Of a DNA stretch of 64,000 nt, positions 61,250-64,000 are shown one piece after another. The notes under the pieces are model-generated. The model ran no database searches, was not told where the DNA came from, and was given only the letters and a program-made list of their open reading frames with translations. How positions within the stretch are numbered: position 1 is the stretch's first letter; every line of letters starts with the position of its first letter. A program made the translations under genes and the position numbers. Origin of the DNA: an uncultured Planctomycetota bacterium (GTDB lineage: Bacteria > Planctomycetota > Planctomycetia > Pirellulales > Lacipirellulaceae); assembly GCA_963719315.1 (NCBI GenBank), contig CAVRBU010000009.1:1-64000 (forward strand), written 5' to 3'.

Positions 61250-62284
61250 TTACACCTGGATGAAGCTGGACGGGTCGTCCCACGCTCCCATTTCTTGTTG
61301 GAACGTGCGGCTCTTGTCGACCTCGATCGAGCCATCGCTGCCGATGCCAATAGCGTAGCGCTCAAGCGGACGGGGGGCCGGGCCTTCGAAATTGATGCCG
61401 TCTTTGTAAAAACCGCTGCCGTGGCAGGGGCATTTGAACTTTTGCTCTGCTTCCAGCCAATTCGGCGTGCAACCCAAATGGGTGCAAACACTCTTCAGCG
61501 CGAAGATTTCTTGCTGGCCGTTGTATTCGGTATTCACGATCCACACGCCGAACTGGGCCTTGAACCGTGTTTCCACTTGGCCCGGCGCGAATTTGTCGGG
61601 CGTTCCGACACTAAAGCGGCTAGGCGGCTCGCGCAATATGTTCGGAAACATGAATCGCACGGTGCCAAGCGTCCAAGCCGCAGCCGTAGCGCCGAGCGCG
61701 GTGAAGCCGACCGCTAGGAACGACATGCCCAATATAAACACTCGTCGCTCGGTAGCTAGCTCCTTGCTCGCTTTAGCAGCGCTGAGTTTCGCATACGCCG
61801 GCTTCACCGGCATTGGCGGAACGACAATCGCTTCTTTCGCTTTCGCCTTCTTGGCATCGGCGGTAGCGGGTGCGGATTTCGCTTGCGCTTCGGCCTTTGT
61901 CATCGGCCCAGGCTTAGCGCCCGAGCGCGCGGCGGCCAGAATGCTTTGTGTATCGACGGGTTCCGACTTCGCCGGCGCCGCTTCTTTCTTGGCAGGCGCC
62001 GCTTTCGCAACGGGAGCAGCTGGCTTTTCTTTAGGCTTCGCCGGTGCGGGCTCGCTTCCACCACCCTGCTTTTCGGCGCGAGCCATGGCCAGCATCTCGG
62101 CCACGCTCAATTTCCCACCAGCGGCCGTTTTTTTCGTCGGCGGTGCGGCCGGCTTTTCTGCGGAAAGCGGCGCGGACTCTTCGGCAACTGCTTCCGCTTC
62201 CGGCGTTGCGGCATCGCCACCCGGCGCGTCGGCCTTGCGCGCGGCGGCAAGAATCTCTGCGACCGTCAATTTCTTTTCTGCCAT
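61250..62284 (-). CDS. petC: Rieske iron-sulfur subunit with long low-complexity N-terminal extension
   Basis: CTHLGC, CPCHGS, GPAPRPL; Tat-like ERRVF plus TM helix; Ala/Lys/Pro-rich N-terminus. Confidence 0.92.
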   Translation of the reverse strand: MAEKKLTVAEILAAARKADAPGGDAATPEAEAVAEESAPLSAEKPAAPPTKKTAAGGKLSVAEMLAMARAEKQGGGSEPAPAKPKEKPAAPVAKAAPAKKEAAPAKSEPVDTQSILAAARSGAKPGPMTKAEAQAKSAPATADAKKAKAKEAIVVPPMPVKPAYAKLSAAKASKELATERRVFILGMSFLAVGFTALGATAAAWTLGTVRFMFPNILREPPSRFSVGTPDKFAPGQVETRFKAQFGVWIVNTEYNGQQEIFALKSVCTHLGCTPNWLEAEQKFKCPCHGSGFYKDGINFEGPAPRPLERYAIGIGSDGSIEVDKSRTFQQEMGAWDDPSSFIQV

Positions 62285-62782
62285 CGTCTCACCGTTGTGC
62301 CGAGCACGCACCGGAATGTCAGCCGAGTGCTCAGTCGGAGCAGCACCAACCCGTAAATCACTTGCGCTGTCACGATGTTAGGCTCGCGACGAGCCCGCCA
62401 AGTCTGCGGAAGTCCGTTATGCTGCAACAGGTTATAAGAACCCCGCGACCGGCCTGGCAGGGGATTGTGACTTTTTTCACAATCTCCTAGCTATTGTTTA
62501 AAACTCAATCGATTACTTGTCAACTGCCGTTCAGAAACTCCCGCCTACCCCCATAGCGGCCGAATACCCAATTCTCCGCGCCGCCTACGCAATGGTAAAG
62601 ATCAAATTTGCAAATGACCCGCGTTTGCCAGCCAAATGTCCAACTCGATAACACACGATCCCCCAATCAATTGACGCTTGCCCCCTACGCGCCGAAACTG
62701 AGGCGGGCGCGCGTCTTGCGATTCTTCGCTCGCTCGAATCGGATCTCCTTCGCACCTCTCGCGTACAATGGCGCATCACCAA

Positions 62783-64000
62783 ATGAATGTATTAGTTGTT
62801 GGAAATGGTGGCCGCGAACATGCCCTGGCTTGGAAAATCGGCCAGAGCAGCCGGGTTGATCGTGTGTTCGTCGCGCCTGGCAACGCCGGCACGGCAGAAG
62901 ACGCTGGAAACGTCGATATTCCGGCGACCGATGTCAAAGGTCTGCTTGAATTCGCAAAGCAAAACCAGATCGATCTCACAGTCATCGGCCCCGAATTAGC
63001 GTTGGCTGCCGGCCTGGTAGATGCTTTCCAACGATCCGGCCTGCGGGCATTCGGCCCCTCGCGAACGGCCGCTGAATTGGAAACGAGCAAGGTGTTTTGC
63101 AAAAATCTGCTCCGACACGCCGATGTCGCCAGCGCCGACTACCGCGTGTTTCGCGATGCGCGATCCGCCACCACCTATCTCAAAGATCGCGACGACACGC
63201 CCGTCGTCGTCAAAGCCGACGGAATCGCGGCCGGAAAGGGCGTGATCGTTTGCGATAATCGCGACCAGGCGCTGGACGCGATCGACCGCATCGCGATTCG
63301 CAAAGAATTCGGCGACGCCGGAAATCAACTCGTGATCGAAGAGCGCCTCCACGGCCAGGAGGCCAGCGTGCTCGCGATCACCGACGGGCACACGATCATC
63401 ACGATGCCCGCCTGCCAGGACCATAAACGCGCCTTCGACGGCGATATCGGTCCCAACACGGGCGGTATGGGGGCCTATTGTCCGACTCCCCTAATCACCG
63501 ACCAACTTCTGGCGAGCATCGAAGAGCGAATCCTGGTGCCCACCGTCCACCAAATGAAACGCTCACGGCGGCCATTCCGCGGCATCCTTTACGCCGGCGT
63601 GATGGTCACCAGCCAGGGCATGAAAGTGCTCGAATACAACGTGCGGTTCGGCGACCCCGAGTGCCAGCCTCTGCTCATGCGGCTAAACAGTGATCTATTG
63701 GATTTGTTGGAAGCGACGGTCGACGGCCGGCTGGACGAAATCGCGCCGCCCGAATGGGATCCGCGCTCGGCGGTGTGTGTCGTAATGGCCAGCGAAGGCT
63801 ATCCCGGCAATTACGAGCGTGGCCAACCCGTCCGCGGTCTCGACGAAGCGGCCAGAGTGCCGGACGTTAAGGTGTTCCACGCCGGCACTGCACTCCGCGA
63901 CGGCCAGATTGTAACCGACGGCGGCCGCGTCTTCGGCGTTTCGGCACTCGGCTCGAGCATTTCTGCCGCCAAGTTACAAGCCTACACAGCCGTCAAGTGC
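62783..64000 (+). CDS. purD: Phosphoribosylamine--glycine ligase (runs off window end)
   Basis: MNVLVVGNGGREHALAWK, APGNAG, VIGPE, VVKADGIAAGKGV, QDHKR, GPNTGGMGAY, EYNVRFGDPE. Confidence 0.96.
   Translation, partial: MNVLVVGNGGREHALAWKIGQSSRVDRVFVAPGNAGTAEDAGNVDIPATDVKGLLEFAKQNQIDLTVIGPELALAAGLVDAFQRSGLRAFGPSRTAAELETSKVFCKNLLRHADVASADYRVFRDARSATTYLKDRDDTPVVVKADGIAAGKGVIVCDNRDQALDAIDRIAIRKEFGDAGNQLVIEERLHGQEASVLAITDGHTIITMPACQDHKRAFDGDIGPNTGGMGAYCPTPLITDQLLASIEERILVPTVHQMKRSRRPFRGILYAGVMVTSQGMKVLEYNVRFGDPECQPLLMRLNSDLLDLLEATVDGRLDEIAPPEWDPRSAVCVVMASEGYPGNYERGQPVRGLDEAARVPDVKVFHAGTALRDGQIVTDGGRVFGVSALGSSISAAKLQAYTAVKC

Overview
The window looks like a Planctomycete (Pirellulales-like) chromosome segment. 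It contains many single-base indels, probably long-read errors, so several genes are split in the ORF track. (1) About 0.6-15.4 kb is an accessory cargo island. It holds an rve-type IS next to an hsdR remnant, two divergent DUF429-like nucleases, a DR2231/MazG-like pyrophosphatase, an AbiEii-like nucleotidyltransferase and a PD-(D/E)XK nuclease. At its core are three tandem ~460-aa paralogues of a family I cannot recognise. (2) About 15.6-21.75 kb is a truncated cos-type prophage or satellite (terL, terS, HNH, primase-polymerase fragment, large serine recombinase) abutting tRNA-Pro(GGG). (3) About 22-26.7 kb is a PvuII-like M/C module whose third gene is a PD-(D/E)XK-plus-HEAT-repeat protein interrupted by an IS4 element. 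Small orphan genes follow, including a 24-aa tandem-repeat protein. (4) From 27.5 kb to the end is core genome: pyrF, apgM, ABC genes, tRNA-Glu and a ~21-kb minus-strand respiratory cluster, then purD running off the window. That cluster contains Rieske, cytochrome b6, subunit IV, an octaheme cytochrome c, two cupredoxin-like proteins, a diheme cytochrome c, an A2-type heme-copper oxidase and maturation genes. The best candidates for an undescribed system are the tandem-triplet operon (6.6-12.7 kb) and the nuclease-HEAT restriction-like module (22-25.6 kb). All family calls come from motif recognition only; no database search was run.
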